From assembly GCA_026025075.1 (NCBI GenBank), contig JAPEUI010000017.1:124001-188000 (forward strand): a stretch of 64,000 nucleotides of DNA. The letters run 5' to 3'. Numbering within the stretch: the first letter of the stretch is position 1; each line of letters opens with the position of its first letter. Under the pieces are notes generated by a model, which worked only from the letters and a program-made list of their open reading frames with translations, made no database searches and was not told the DNA's origin. This document shows, piece after piece, positions 50,790-62,687 of the stretch. This DNA is from Vezdaea acicularis (lineage: Eukaryota). A program made the translations under genes and the position numbers.

Positions 50790-52169
50790 TCAGTTGAGTC
50801 TCGGCCACATAGCAAGCGCAGACCCGAATTCAAGCAATCCACCTGCTCGCGATCCCGGCGCAGCACCGCCTAGGCCTCCACTACGACCAGCAGTCGAGAC
50901 CGTCTTAGCCCAAGCGCGAGATTCAACAGCGAGCTCACTCCTCCACCGGTGCGCGGGCCGTTCCCTACACTGGCAGCGCTCGCGGCAGTACTCCTCCAGC
51001 TGATTGACCGACGGGTTGGTTGAGAACAGCGGCCATTCCAGATCCGGAAAGGCGGTGTCCAACGGCTCCTGGACGATCCACGCCTTCGGGCCGTACCACC
51101 GGCAATACAGTTTGAGGTTGAAGACCGGGTTTCCGTACAGCGAGCAGAGGTCCTTGAGGTCGATGTAGTGGGCCGCGGTCAGGAGGGGCTGCATGCGTAT
51201 GGATCGCTCCCAGGTGTTATATGCACCAGACGGTAAAGCCCCGGCGCAGATCATGGTGTCGGCAGTGCTGCGTATTGGTCGGGCCCGGCTGGATCGTGGC
51301 CCCTTGCCAGCCCAGCGGGTTCTCTCTAAGCCGCCCTGGTTGGTCTTCGCCCTCTTTCCTAGACGTGGACCGATACCTGTGACATCGGACTGTTCACGCA
51401 CGCCCCTTGGCTTCAGCTTGTAACTATGACTGAGTCCAGTCCTCCATCTAGCGTCACTGACACGCTTATTTTCATGTTGTTCATTTCTGACATGGATTCT
51501 TGAGGTGCTGTCTTGCGCGCTGGGGACCTCAAGGGATCGTGTCGAGTCTTGAAGTATAATTTGGTCCCTGGAATACCTGTCGAAGCTGCTCTCCTGCCAG
51601 TGGCTGGTCGAGGTGAGGGGCTTATCTGTCTCTTCAATGCGGCCGATGTGCCGCTCTATTGCACATGCTCCATAGCTTTCCTCCTGGGAGCGATTCTGAG
51701 CGTTTCGGTAACCACCAATCGTTTCGGACAGTTTACGAAAGGCCTCTGGCCGTTCCAAAGAAACGCGTCCGCAGTACCGGTAGCAACGTCCGAGCAGAGC
51801 GGTGATTGTTGGGTCGTCACGTCCTCGATTTCTCCGCCGTCTCCGTCTATTGGATCGACCCCAGTCCAAATCTGCGACTTCCTCATATCTATTACAATTA
51901 AGACCGACGCTAGATACCGCCAACCCCAAACGGGAGCACAGGCTCGTAAGGTCGGGGTTGTCAGCGGCATTTAGAGGTAGAGCATCCTTTCTATTAGTAA
52001 AGTGGGCATCGTAGTTGCTACGCTGTAGCTCGCTGTTACACGTATAGCGAACATCACGTTGGTTTCTTCCACCACCTGCAATAGCAGCGTCAGGTAATGA
52101 AGAAAGCAGACACCAGCTATGAAACGAAAAATAGACAATGGACGAAGAGTCAGGAATACGCATGATCAT
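50790..52169 (-). CDS. Uncharacterised protein with two copies of a Cys-patterned module
   Basis: 459-aa ORF; C..DLxxLCS..(N/S)(L/V)xLxC..LxxxCxxxCx(C/R) occurs twice; weak signal-like N-terminus. Confidence 0.55.
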   Translation of the reverse strand: MIMRIPDSSSIVYFSFHSWCLLSSLPDAAIAGGGRNQRDVRYTCNSELQRSNYDAHFTNRKDALPLNAADNPDLTSLCSRLGLAVSSVGLNCNRYEEVADLDWGRSNRRRRRRNRGRDDPTITALLGRCYRYCGRVSLERPEAFRKLSETIGGYRNAQNRSQEESYGACAIERHIGRIEETDKPLTSTSHWQESSFDRYSRDQIILQDSTRSLEVPSAQDSTSRIHVRNEQHENKRVSDARWRTGLSHSYKLKPRGVREQSDVTGIGPRLGKRAKTNQGGLERTRWAGKGPRSSRARPIRSTADTMICAGALPSGAYNTWERSIRMQPLLTAAHYIDLKDLCSLYGNPVFNLKLYCRWYGPKAWIVQEPLDTAFPDLEWPLFSTNPSVNQLEEYCRERCQCRERPAHRWRSELAVESRAWAKTVSTAGRSGGLGGAAPGSRAGGLLEFGSALAMWPRLN

Positions 52170-52779
52170 CAGATTTGCTCCAACGGAGACATTTCTCCAA
52201 ACGTGGATATGGAAATGACCTAAAGAGGAAGCGCAAAAACGATATGCAGAAGCAGAGGACCCTCTGCTCCATCATTTTCGAGACCGCAGCTAAGAGATTG
52301 GGGAGTGAAAACAACGCGAAAAGCAGTTGCGCATAATTAAGGAACTGCCCGGCATGACGCACAACCGCAAATTGAAACCTTTTCAAAGATGGCCCGAGCC
52401 CCTCCCCTCTGGAATGTTGGGTAGACTATGCCAAATTTAAATGGCTCTCCTGCCGTAGTGTGTGAAGGCGTTGCACGGTCTTCATCCTCGGATGTTCAAG
52501 GAAGCGATCGCAGCTTTGACCTTATCACGTGCATCATATATTTTGCATCAATTGTAAACCATATTACGAACCTGGGCTCTGATTGATGGTGTTCGAAAAG
52601 GCTGATTCGCTGAGATTTTGAGACAAATACCTGATATCGTGAGGGTGTGGTAGTTCCGTGAGTTTCGACTACGTACACGGACAATCGTTGGAGCTGGGCT
52701 CGTGGTCCTTATCAATATCTATGTTTTCTACTCGTACCAAAGCATAAGCTGGCTCCATTCACACGAGCATTGATTGCCC

Positions 52780-55324
52780 TCACGAACTCTCTAGAATTGC
52801 TTCTATCTCCTCGGCTACTCCTTTTAGCCTCGGTTCTGCTGCCTTGCTAGCGACTTTCCAAGCCACTCCTCTTAGATCAAAGACCTCTCTGGCTGCAGAC
52901 CTTACTTCATCACCAAGCGCCAACAACGTTCCTGAGGCAACGAGAGCTCGATACATCGCCTCGTTGTCGATGGAAGATTTTAGTAATGTCGTCAGCTCGT
53001 CTAAGAGTTGAATGGCCCTCTCGGACGATATCGCGAGAGGTGCATGTGCCGTGGAAGTAAGAAGAACGGAGTAATTGATTAACAGGGTTGTATGGGCGAT
53101 TGTGAGATTGCGATTTGAAACCAAAGAGAGAGAAGGTTTAGTAAAAGCCCTTATCTGTAGGCCCGTGATTTAGTGGTTGGATTGATGGAAGTCAGTCTGA
53201 TAACGTATTGACTTACCTGATCAAACTCCTTTTCTACCAGCGCCCTTCCTTCATCCGACTCGAATAAATTCGCGAAGGTACGAACCGCCAGCATAATGTT
53301 GTTTGGTCGTTCTAGGTCCTCAAAAACGCCGCTCCCACCGAGTATGCCCACAACTGTCTGGCCTCCAGCTTCATACATTGCAGTTGAGGGAGACGCGGCA
53401 GCGAGAAGTCGCAAGAGATCAAGACCAGGAAGTCGTAGGGCAGCTGGCCAAGTCGTAACTATTCGTAGAATTAAGTTGAGACCACTATCGAGCGCTGGAG
53501 ATGCTTTAGCAGCAGCTGCGGGCGACTGTTCTAGATGAACTATCAGTTTTCGTAACACGTCTACATCATGTTTGTTCAAAGCAGCTCCTTTATCGCCCTC
53601 CTTTATCAGCTGCTCGTTCAGCTGCTCGAGTTTTTTCTGGATAGTCTTAAGGGTTGCCTGCTTTATAGACAGGTATGTGGTTTGCGGAAGAACTTTACTT
53701 CGAGCTGTCGAGCTCTGAGGCGGCTGTGAAGTGCTGAAAGCGTCGCCGGGCCGGTATCTAGACTCTGTCCCCCATGGGTCTGAACCTGGAGGCGCATTTC
53801 CCTCTTGACGACCAATTGATGCGCCTTGAGTGTTTGTTGTGATAAAGTTGGCCACTTGGTCGAGATAAGTCATTGGCAATTCGTTATCCTGAATAAATTT
53901 CGTGGCCACCTCGTATGGGTTCTGTGACAAATTATATGGTAGTTTTAGCGCGGGCTGCCCTTCGGAGATATCGACATCAAAGACATAATCATAGTCCTGT
54001 CCAAGATATTCTGCTTTCTTCCCACTGCTCCCAACTCCATCTACAACTGTGCCAACATTTACCCATTGCTGACCACCCATTGACCATTGGTGAGCGGTAA
54101 TAGCACCGTTGGCTTCTTTAATCATCTGAACCTGGCCTTCCTTAGTTCCCGACTTTTGTATCAAAAAATCGGGCCCCGGAAGCTTTTCCTTGTTGACCTC
54201 ACCAACTTGTTGCTGCGGGATGGAAGATGATTTGACAGAGTCATCGAAAGCCTTTATGGTATCCGCATGTGCTTGCCGGCTCCCAGCTCGAGAGAAGATT
54301 CGGACTATTCTATCACTTGCGCCTGTGATGATATCCCCATTCTCGGGACATCCTGCTACACACCAAACTGACAGGGCAGGATGTGTAATGGTTTGTATAC
54401 AATGATTTCCACTCCAAATCCTTACTGTGCGATCTTCTCCCGAGCTAACAATTTCTCCACTCGAAAGGCTTGTTAGAGAGTAAATAAAGCTCTCGTGGCC
54501 TAGCAACTGGCCAACTCGTCGTCCATCAAGAGTCCAAAGACTAATGACACCGTCGTTACTCGCAGACGCAAACTGAGCTCCATTTGGATGGTCAGGAGGT
54601 ATTCTGCATAGAGCTCGTATCACATCGCTAGCTCCTCTGATTTTTCGAACTAGTTCTCCAGTTGAAGTGAATATACGTATCAACTTATCAGCACAACCTA
54701 AGGAGTATAATCAATATAAAAATACTGGTACTTGATGACATCACTCTTACCTGTTATAATTACATCTTTGTCCCAAGCCAAGACCGCCCAAACACTGCCT
54801 TCATGGCCTTCCAGAACTGCCTTAGTTTCCCATTTACCAATGCCCCACACCCTGCCTGAGCCATCCCAGCTGCCGCTGACAATGTATTTGTGTGAAGGGT
54901 CTACATCCAAGGCGCAAATGTTATGACTATGGCCGAGAAGCAGGGCTTCAGCATTATCTTCTGGAGATTTGCTAGGCTGCCGTACATCTATGATGGTGTC
55001 TTTGCCCCCAGATATTATCAATCCTTCTGGATAGTCTGTGGTCGGGGGTAGATATGTAAGAGCATTGACAAATGCTGAACTGTGAGAAGAAATTGTTGGG
55101 TCAAATGTCGGTGGGGAATTTGATAAGAGCTTCCAAAGCCGGACTGATCCATCTCTCGAGGCTGAAATAGCGGCCTTTGAGCTTGGGTATGATACCCCTC
55201 GGACCTAAAGGAAACGGAAGACATTAATTTTTGCGTGGCTCGAGAACGAACAGATATATTCTTTGAAGCTCACGTCATCTTCGTGTCCTGTTAAGGATGC
55301 TGACAGTTTGAAATCTTCCATCAT
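52780..55324 (-). CDS. DOA1: WD40-PFU-PUL ubiquitin homeostasis protein (Doa1/Ufd3/PLAA)
   Basis: FKLSASLTGHEDD|VR, WD repeats, PFU YDYVFDVDISEG..LKLPYNLSQNPY, PUL RLPGLDLLRL..AVRTFANLF..YRALVASGTL; three introns. Confidence 0.95.
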
Positions 55325-56153
55325 CGACTTTAAGAGAGCGTCAAGGATTGACGTACTTCGAGGTCAATAGTCGGCCCTTCCTCTTGCTATGAAGAGAACT
55401 AAATTTCGCGATTTGGCAGACCATGCACCTCTAAAGTCCTTTCATTCAAACCCGCTTATGAAACCGCCGCCTTCGTCTCATACGTTTGCTGATTGTTCAT
55501 TCCTTGCCTTTCCACAAGACCAGGGTGGCGTTTAACGGGAAGATTTTAGAGTGCAGAGCCGATGAGCGAAGCAGCGTTGATTCTTCGAGGAGACAACTCG
55601 TGATAATGGGCATCATATATCTAGACTATTCGCAAACTATTTAAGACTCTTTTCGTTCGTTGCGCAAAGACTGCTAGACAGAGCTGATAACCTGCATGCA
55701 TCGAGGTGACGCCAAGCTTGAGTATAAACATGTGAGAAGCACATTCCACGATGTTTTATCGGCCAATCATGCGCTGGTAATTGGTAGTAGCAATAAGATC
55801 TTATCTGATCCTGGGCACACTCCCTTCCGCCTCTCCTTCAATTTATATGAGTAGCCAAGTTGCACTCAAATTTTTTTGCAAATCCTCTCGCGGGTCCGTA
55901 TTTAAAAGTCGCTGCTCTAATTAATTTGCTCTTTCTCTCCTTTCATAAACAGCTACACTCTCTGCTTACGGAAAAGGTGGTAAAAGTAGGTGAGATATTG
56001 AAATCCATAATCGCATGATACTGCCGGTCTCAACGAACTCAAACTTGACAGGGCAATCTAGCAAATCCTGGTGTTCGAACCAGGCACATATTTAGACACC
56101 AACGCTACTCTCATGCTCTAGCTAGTCATAGCTACTGATTTTCCTTTTTCAAT

Positions 56154-57537
56154 ATGTCTTCTGGTATGTATGAATAACCACTCCTTGACATGCTGGGATG
56201 TGGATCCGGGTCGTGTCAAGTGCACAGAGAAAAGCGGTCATAGAAGGCTCAGCTGATTATTCGATTCTAGGGCGCTTGTTAACGCCGAACGCGAAGCCAG
56301 CGCAATGCACCGGCCATTCAAGGCCGGTGACGCACTTGAGCTTTTCGACGATGATGCTCCACGGAAAACATATGTTTGTAGCATCTTGTAAAGGTTGTTA
56401 TTCTATCACAGCAACATATGTGCCCCCTAACTTTGCTAGATAATAATGCAATCCTACGCGACGGCACAACTGGAGACTGGTGAGCAACGAACATATAACC
56501 ATGAACAACAGTAGCTGATGAATCTAATCCTAGGATTGGAACCTTTTTGGGCCACAAGGGAGCTATTTGGCAGTCTCGTATCAGTGGTGATGCCCAAATT
56601 ACTGCTACAGGCTCTGCAGACTACAGCGCGTAGGTCTCAATCTTTAGTGCACTTGCTAGCCCATTCATTGATGTTTCAATCTTGTAGCAAGGTATGGGAC
56701 AATGAAAATGGCAAGTCGATATTTACTCTTCCCCATGGACATATCGTGCGCTCTGTAGCTCTATCAGCAATGTCGCAGAACAAACTCATCACTGGCACTC
56801 AGGATAAGCGTCTCCGTCTCTACGATCTCAACGCTGTGATTGGCCCATCAAATCCTGAACATCCAAACGGAGTCGCCATTGGGCCTGATTCTGCTAACCA
56901 GATTGGCTCAACTTCCTCAGAAGGCAGCCAGGCTCAATATGTAGAGCTAGGGCAGGGCATTCACCAAGGGAGCATTAAATCAATTGTCTACGATCCGCAT
57001 TCTGACTTTAATTTTGCTACTGCATGCGATGACCGTACTATTCGCTGGTGGGATCTTCGTGATTATAAATGCACCGCCGAATTTAAGGTCGCTGGGTCCA
57101 TTGGAAGTTGCGAGCTTAACATCATTGATGGGCTCCACAATAATACCCCGGGTGGTGGCCCAAGAGGGGTGCTTAGCGCAGCAGCTGGCGATACAGTCTA
57201 TTTCTTCGACGGTCTAAAACCAGGCATGCTGATAAAGCAGATAAAACTTCCACACGATGTTCCTACGGTTTCTCTTAACTATGAGAAAAACCAATTCATT
57301 ACTGGATCAAACAGAGACCCATGGGTCCATGTCTACGACTTTCACATGGATCCTATGGAACCGGAAGTGGAGGTGCTCAAAGGTCATCATGGGACTGTTT
57401 GGACAACGCAATTTAGTCCGGACGGTAAAGTCTTTGCGACTGGCGGCGATGACGCAATGGTCAAGATCTGGAAGTATTGTGACGAGCCTTACGGTTTATG
57501 GGGGGGCAGCATTGAGCAAACTACTAATGGCGCTTGA
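56154..57537 (+). CDS. STRAP/UNRIP-like WD40 protein
   Basis: Spliced CTGHSRPVTHLSFS..ASCK|DNNAILRDGTTGDW|IGTFLGHKGAIW..ATGSADYSA|KVWD..GHHG..FSPDG; introns 56164-56270, 56394-56439, 56480-56533 and 56630-56687. Confidence 0.87.
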
Positions 57538-57890
57538 GTTACCAAGATGTTAGGGGATCACGAGAAAGAGGGGTAAGTGTAGCTTTAAGCATTCCACTTA
57601 CTCTTCAGATACTTCTCCCTTTCCTTCCAACCTGATATGCGCTCTGGCTAGCATAGGTAGCAAGTTAACAGATACGTAAAGGGCATTAAACCATGCAGTA
57701 CTGGCGGCCGTGGTGTCCAACGAATGTTCTCCGGATAGGTCAAATTCTGAACTGTGCTATTTTTCACCAGATCTTCTTTCGTTTGCCGCGTTATCTACGA
57801 CATGGTGACCGCACATTGAATTGCGATGGAGCAAACAGGTGGACAATGATACTGATAGCATTCTACACTCTACCATCACAGAATCGGCGT

Positions 57891-58877
57891 TCACAATGTC
57901 TCATATGCCATTTCTCCAGCCTTCAATCCTGGGACCTCCCAGATGATCCCCGTCTTCGATTCGCAGCAAGCAGCGCTTACATAGGTCGAATTGCACGGAC
58001 ATGCTGCTCCCAATATGATATCACCTCTTTTTCCCAAGCCTTTATCGCTCAAAAGGACTGTCAGATCCCACAAACCGCAAGCCGTACCAGTGAACAGACC
58101 CGTTGAAGGATCCCTACTGGTGACCAGACAGTGGCACCCCTCAACACATCTGTATGAACTGCAAGACCTCACGGCCGTACACTGTGACGCTTGGGTAGTC
58201 GTTTCCCTCGGCAGCTGGAATGCCTTTGCCCTTGACGGATATCTATTTCTCAAATTCACCCGCTGGCCACTCCTCGTATTTACTGAATAGCTGGATCCCC
58301 CTGATTTTGGGTTATACTTATAACCAGGGTTCGCCTTTTCGATCTCTGCAATTCTTAAATGACTCTTGTCGTTCATCAATTGCTCATAGGCCTCTGCAAG
58401 GTACAGATCGTTAATCTCCGGCATTGCTTCTGGCATATTCTTGAGATGATCAGGCACTTCCTCACAGCTGCAGTAAATCTGGCACCACATTTCTAAAACA
58501 ATCCCATTCTGGGATTGGACCAGGGCCATGTCCCTATAGTCCGCCCTAAAGACGGGAATAGGGTTTCCGTTGGGCCATGGATTATGATAGCAGACCATCC
58601 CCAAGTTGGATCTGGGGTGTCCGCCGAAAAGCGCCGCCGCGCATACCTTCTGAATGCTATCATACTCGTCGCGGGTCGCTTCGGGCAATTGAGCTCGCAT
58701 TCCGTCTGAGATACCACCTTCACGGTTGCATACAGGCCCGTACATAAAGTTTTCGAAAGTGACAGGCTCTTGGTGGGGCTGCATGCGGGGTAGCACCGAG
58801 TGAGTGAAACATTGGGGTGGAACCGATATGAGGAGAGCAAAGGAGAGGTACAGCATCGCTCGACTTGATATGAACAT
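57891..58877 (-). CDS. Secreted cysteine-rich protein of unknown function
   Basis: Signal-like MLYLSFALLISVPPQCFT; N-terminal six-Cys module ending WCQIYCSC; second Cys cluster; possible Kex2-type KR site, then CPCNSTYVSAACC..GIIWE. Confidence 0.75.
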   Translation of the reverse strand: MFISSRAMLYLSFALLISVPPQCFTHSVLPRMQPHQEPVTFENFMYGPVCNREGGISDGMRAQLPEATRDEYDSIQKVCAAALFGGHPRSNLGMVCYHNPWPNGNPIPVFRADYRDMALVQSQNGIVLEMWCQIYCSCEEVPDHLKNMPEAMPEINDLYLAEAYEQLMNDKSHLRIAEIEKANPGYKYNPKSGGSSYSVNTRSGQRVNLRNRYPSRAKAFQLPRETTTQASQCTAVRSCSSYRCVEGCHCLVTSRDPSTGLFTGTACGLWDLTVLLSDKGLGKRGDIILGAACPCNSTYVSAACCESKTGIIWEVPGLKAGEMAYETL

Positions 58878-59757
58878 ATCGTGATAGCTTTTGGCAACGA
58901 ATTCAGCCAAGCGCTTGGACGAATAAGAGAAGTCATGGATTTATACCATCACCCTCACTTTGAGCAGGGTGCTAAAGTTTCTCTTTGCCATCTAGCTGAC
59001 CAATCCTTCGGGGTGTTACTGTTGTAAGATAGTGCATAGGGAGGAATGTGGTCCGAGCTGAAGGTAGCTCCCGATTGACATCCACTGTTTTACGTTGCAC
59101 CCCGATATGAGGCAATTGAACCGTGGATGTCTGAAGTCGTGATCGTTTCGAGAGCCGTGCACATAGCTCATGGACGGAAAGTAATTCATGAGTAAAGCCG
59201 AAAATTATCAGCAAAGACATAAGCGGAAGTTTTATAGCCCAGATGATTGAAGTCTTGCGATATTCCGGGGTAACAGAAAATGAATCATACATTTCTAGTA
59301 GTTTATGATTCTACCGTTTTCTTACGCTATATGAAATCAGAAGGATACGCATCATGGATCTGATAACCAATGTTATTAGGCTTGGGAGTATCAATGACAG
59401 GCTATTGCGGCAGTAACGCCATATCCGCAGTAGCTTAGTCCATCCATTCTGGTGTACGTTAGTCATTCAGACTAGGTCAGATATGGTTTTCATCCTTAAG
59501 TACGATTGCTAGCCCTAGCTCTGGTCTGAGCAACATCGCCTTAATCCTCAACGGCCACGCAAAGAGTTGGAACCACCTAATTTCTCTTGAGATGTATCTA
59601 GCCAATCCCTCAGATACCTTCTTGGCTTCAACAAGTACTCCCATCTTAGCTCTAGCTTTAGATCTTGAAATATTGAAGTTTGTCCAGTCGCTTGGAGCCT
59701 CCAGAGCTAATAATCTTTCCTGCTCTGAAATATAGTCTCTTCCAGCTTTTCTCCATC

Positions 59758-61931
59758 TTAGCTGCCCTTCAAACGTTTTGGCACCTTAAGTCCATCCTCT
59801 GGCTGACTGGGCGCGCCAGAACTATGAGAGTTAGAGTCTTCGCTCCATTTAAAGTTTGCAAAGGACCACGATCGCACACGCTTTCGACCCATGGAGGCCG
59901 TCCCCAAACTTTTGAGAAGGCTGAGATCATTCACGTGCTTTTGAGAGCGTTCTTCTCCATCAATATCACTGATAGAATCGCTTCCGCCGGCATCTTCACT
60001 GCCCTCTCCGTCTTTTTCGTCATCGGCATCGCTGGGGGCTTCGATTTTGATATAATCGTCACCATATTCGCTGTCACGAACAGTACTATGCTCCGATCCA
60101 TTGACAGAAGCTGCGAAAGCTTTCTCTTCGTCTGTACCTCCCTGATAAGAATTAGTACAGATGTTGGGCTCGTCCATGGTAACCTCCTCATGCAATGGCT
60201 CTAAGGGGTTACCAGGATTGCTCAAGGAGTAGGATTTGGCGTTCCCGTAATGCCAAAGCCCCCAAGAAGGATCAATAGTGCCCCCAGGCAAGTTTCTGCC
60301 CCCTCTAAAGCTGCCCATATGTACCAAAGGAACCGAGGGCAGGCTTGGTGTGTTAGAAATTACTACTGCTAACGGTATGCTTTTTAAGAAGGTATTTGTT
60401 GGGTTCTCGCTTGAGTTATTGTCCTCCACTTTGATGTCGACTGACACGGTCTCGCTAGGAGATGTGCTTCCGTCTAGTTCTTCTTTTTTAATTGAAATTC
60501 GACGCTTGATCTTCGACTTGGTCTGCATTACATATCGATTCTCATCGAGAATTCTCTCAAGGCTATCATCAGTCATGTCTTCCTTTCTGAGATCACCCGC
60601 AGCAATCTTATCTTCGAATGAGATGGCTTTTCCCTTTGCGCAAGTGATTTTGGGTAGTTTTGGGGGGTTCAACCAACCGAGAGGTGTAAGGTACGCTCCA
60701 ATATATTTGGCGGGGAGGCGCTTCAAGTCCTTCCGGCGCATTGGAAAATTGGGAAAGTTGAACTTCTGCAGGACAACTTCGGAGCGATAGAAGAAAGTGA
60801 ATTGAGCAAAGTCACCTTCCTCAGGCTTGTAAAGATTGTAAGGTATGACGCTGACTCCGCGTTTGGTCCGCCTCCGTCCCTTGGATAGACTAAATGATAG
60901 AGTTATTAGTCGGTAGATCGCGGTATTATTATGACGGAAAGCCGTCTTGTAAGGTAAAAATTAGGCTTTGAGCAAGGAATGTAATAAAGTGCCTACCCTG
61001 TGTTGTGACTCACGTACTCCCCAGCATCTCCCATGTGGGCATCCTCCTCTTCTTTGTGCTTCGGCTCATAGCAAAGGTCTACGAACTTTTCTCCAAGCGT
61101 CACTCGGCTTATCTTAACAACGATGGTCCCGGTAACGCCATCCTTCTTCATACTACTTGCTTCCTCATCAAGCTGGGCTGTACTCATTGCCTCAAGAAGT
61201 TGGTCTTCCTCCCTGAGATAAAGATGGTCAGTACTCGGCTCATCCACTGTTATGAGCAGCTTGTCGAAGGCCGACTCAATCCCAACGTCTTTGAATATCC
61301 ATGCTTGATCTAACAGCTGCCCGTCTTTGGAAGAAACCCTCCTTGTCTTGAACCACACTTTGCCATCGTCGGAAAACTCCTCGTGATTTGGATCGAGGTA
61401 TATGATGATGGAACGCTCCGGTGTGGTGCGCCCATCGATGTAAAGGCTTTGTTTATTCAGCAAGAGTCAACAATCTTGAGTAGGATAGAGACTTTACCTT
61501 GCCATGAAATGAAATTTGGGTGGATGAATATTTACGCTCTTGAGCTTCATTGGGGAATTATTGGACTTGAAACATCTGACGGTAGGCTCTTGTTTTGTGG
61601 ATTCAGATGAGCACCGGTCGGGTGATTCACTCTGACGTGAGTCTTCCTTCGGCCTAACCGCGATATCATCGTGTTGCCATTGATCTTCCATGCTGCAATC
61701 CCCGAGAGCAAGAGCACCGCGATGTTGAGCGCAATAGCTTTGTGTACCTGGAGTTCCCATGTCGATGTAAGGGATATTTGGCATACAAGACAGACGGAAG
61801 GCTACATTCGTCGCCGATTGTATATAAGTTGTGACTTTGTTGACCTTCTTCAGATATTGAGTCCCCCACTCTGAAAATTCTTTGCCATCCGTGGTTGTGA
61901 CATGCACGGTAAGTCCACGTAGCTCAGGCAT
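59758..61931 (-). CDS. Uncharacterised fungal protein (three exons), beta-rich N-domain with a disordered acidic tail
   Basis: MPELRGLTVHV..FSEWG..YIQSATNVAF; intron 61447-61497 gives FHFMASLYIDG; GTIVVKISRV; a second intron at about 60889-60996 gives FAQFTFFYRS, continuing into ORF 59758-60741. Confidence 0.75.
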
Positions 61932-62687
61932 GGCGGGCAATATTGAGGTATGGATTGAAACTTCGGTTTAGTTTTGAGAGCCTTTGAGATGTCCAAGAGG
62001 CTTGCTTTGCTTAGCAACAATGGCTTCTGATTACTTGTAGAGTCCTTAGCCTTTGTCGTCTATGAAACGACCCGAGCGGTCCACTGGCAGCCGCACGCTG
62101 GGACTGCCGTCACCAGAAGTCAAAGGAGTATAGGTAAACCCTTCGAAAAAGTCTAGCAGGTATGGTAAAAGAAAAGGGAGATATAGTATCTCCAAGAATC
62201 GCAATCAAGGAACAGAAAATTTGTGAGTGGGCTTGGAGTAGTGCCACTGGAATCGTTGCCACCATGTACGGAGTGGTTGTAGGCTGACCAGAATCGTACG
62301 CGAGTCCGCTTGCCTTCACACCCTAGCCAACACACCAGCTCGACTTAGTGTTAGATCTGGTGAGAGTTCTTATCGCTATACCTTTACCTATTTGTGGCTA
62401 CTTTACAAGAGCCAACTGACGCAAGTGTCCCATTAGAGCGAAGAGTGAAGCGAGTTCTTAGCATTAATAATTCACCTTCGTACGAGCACGGAAGTGAGAT
62501 ATATCAAGGACAGATAGAAAAACTAGAGATTTGATGAATCTTGATTCAGTCCATGGGACTAAAGCGGTATTCATCTATTTGGAAAAAGGCAGGATATGAG
62601 GTGTTAATTCGCAGACTCCGTCCAGGTTTTGCAACCATATCCAAGATCACCATCTGACGCCATATGCTATGCATGAATACCCTGCCC

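Noticed and set aside
9407..55324. UBA1 plus DOA1 as a ubiquitin gene cluster
   Set aside because: They are about 40 kb apart with many unrelated genes between, which is compatible with chance.
59480..59760. Coding-like sequence continuing past the TAA at 59758 (premature stop or readthrough)
   Set aside because: Another in-frame stop follows within about 17 codons and there is no readthrough context; it needs ortholog comparison.
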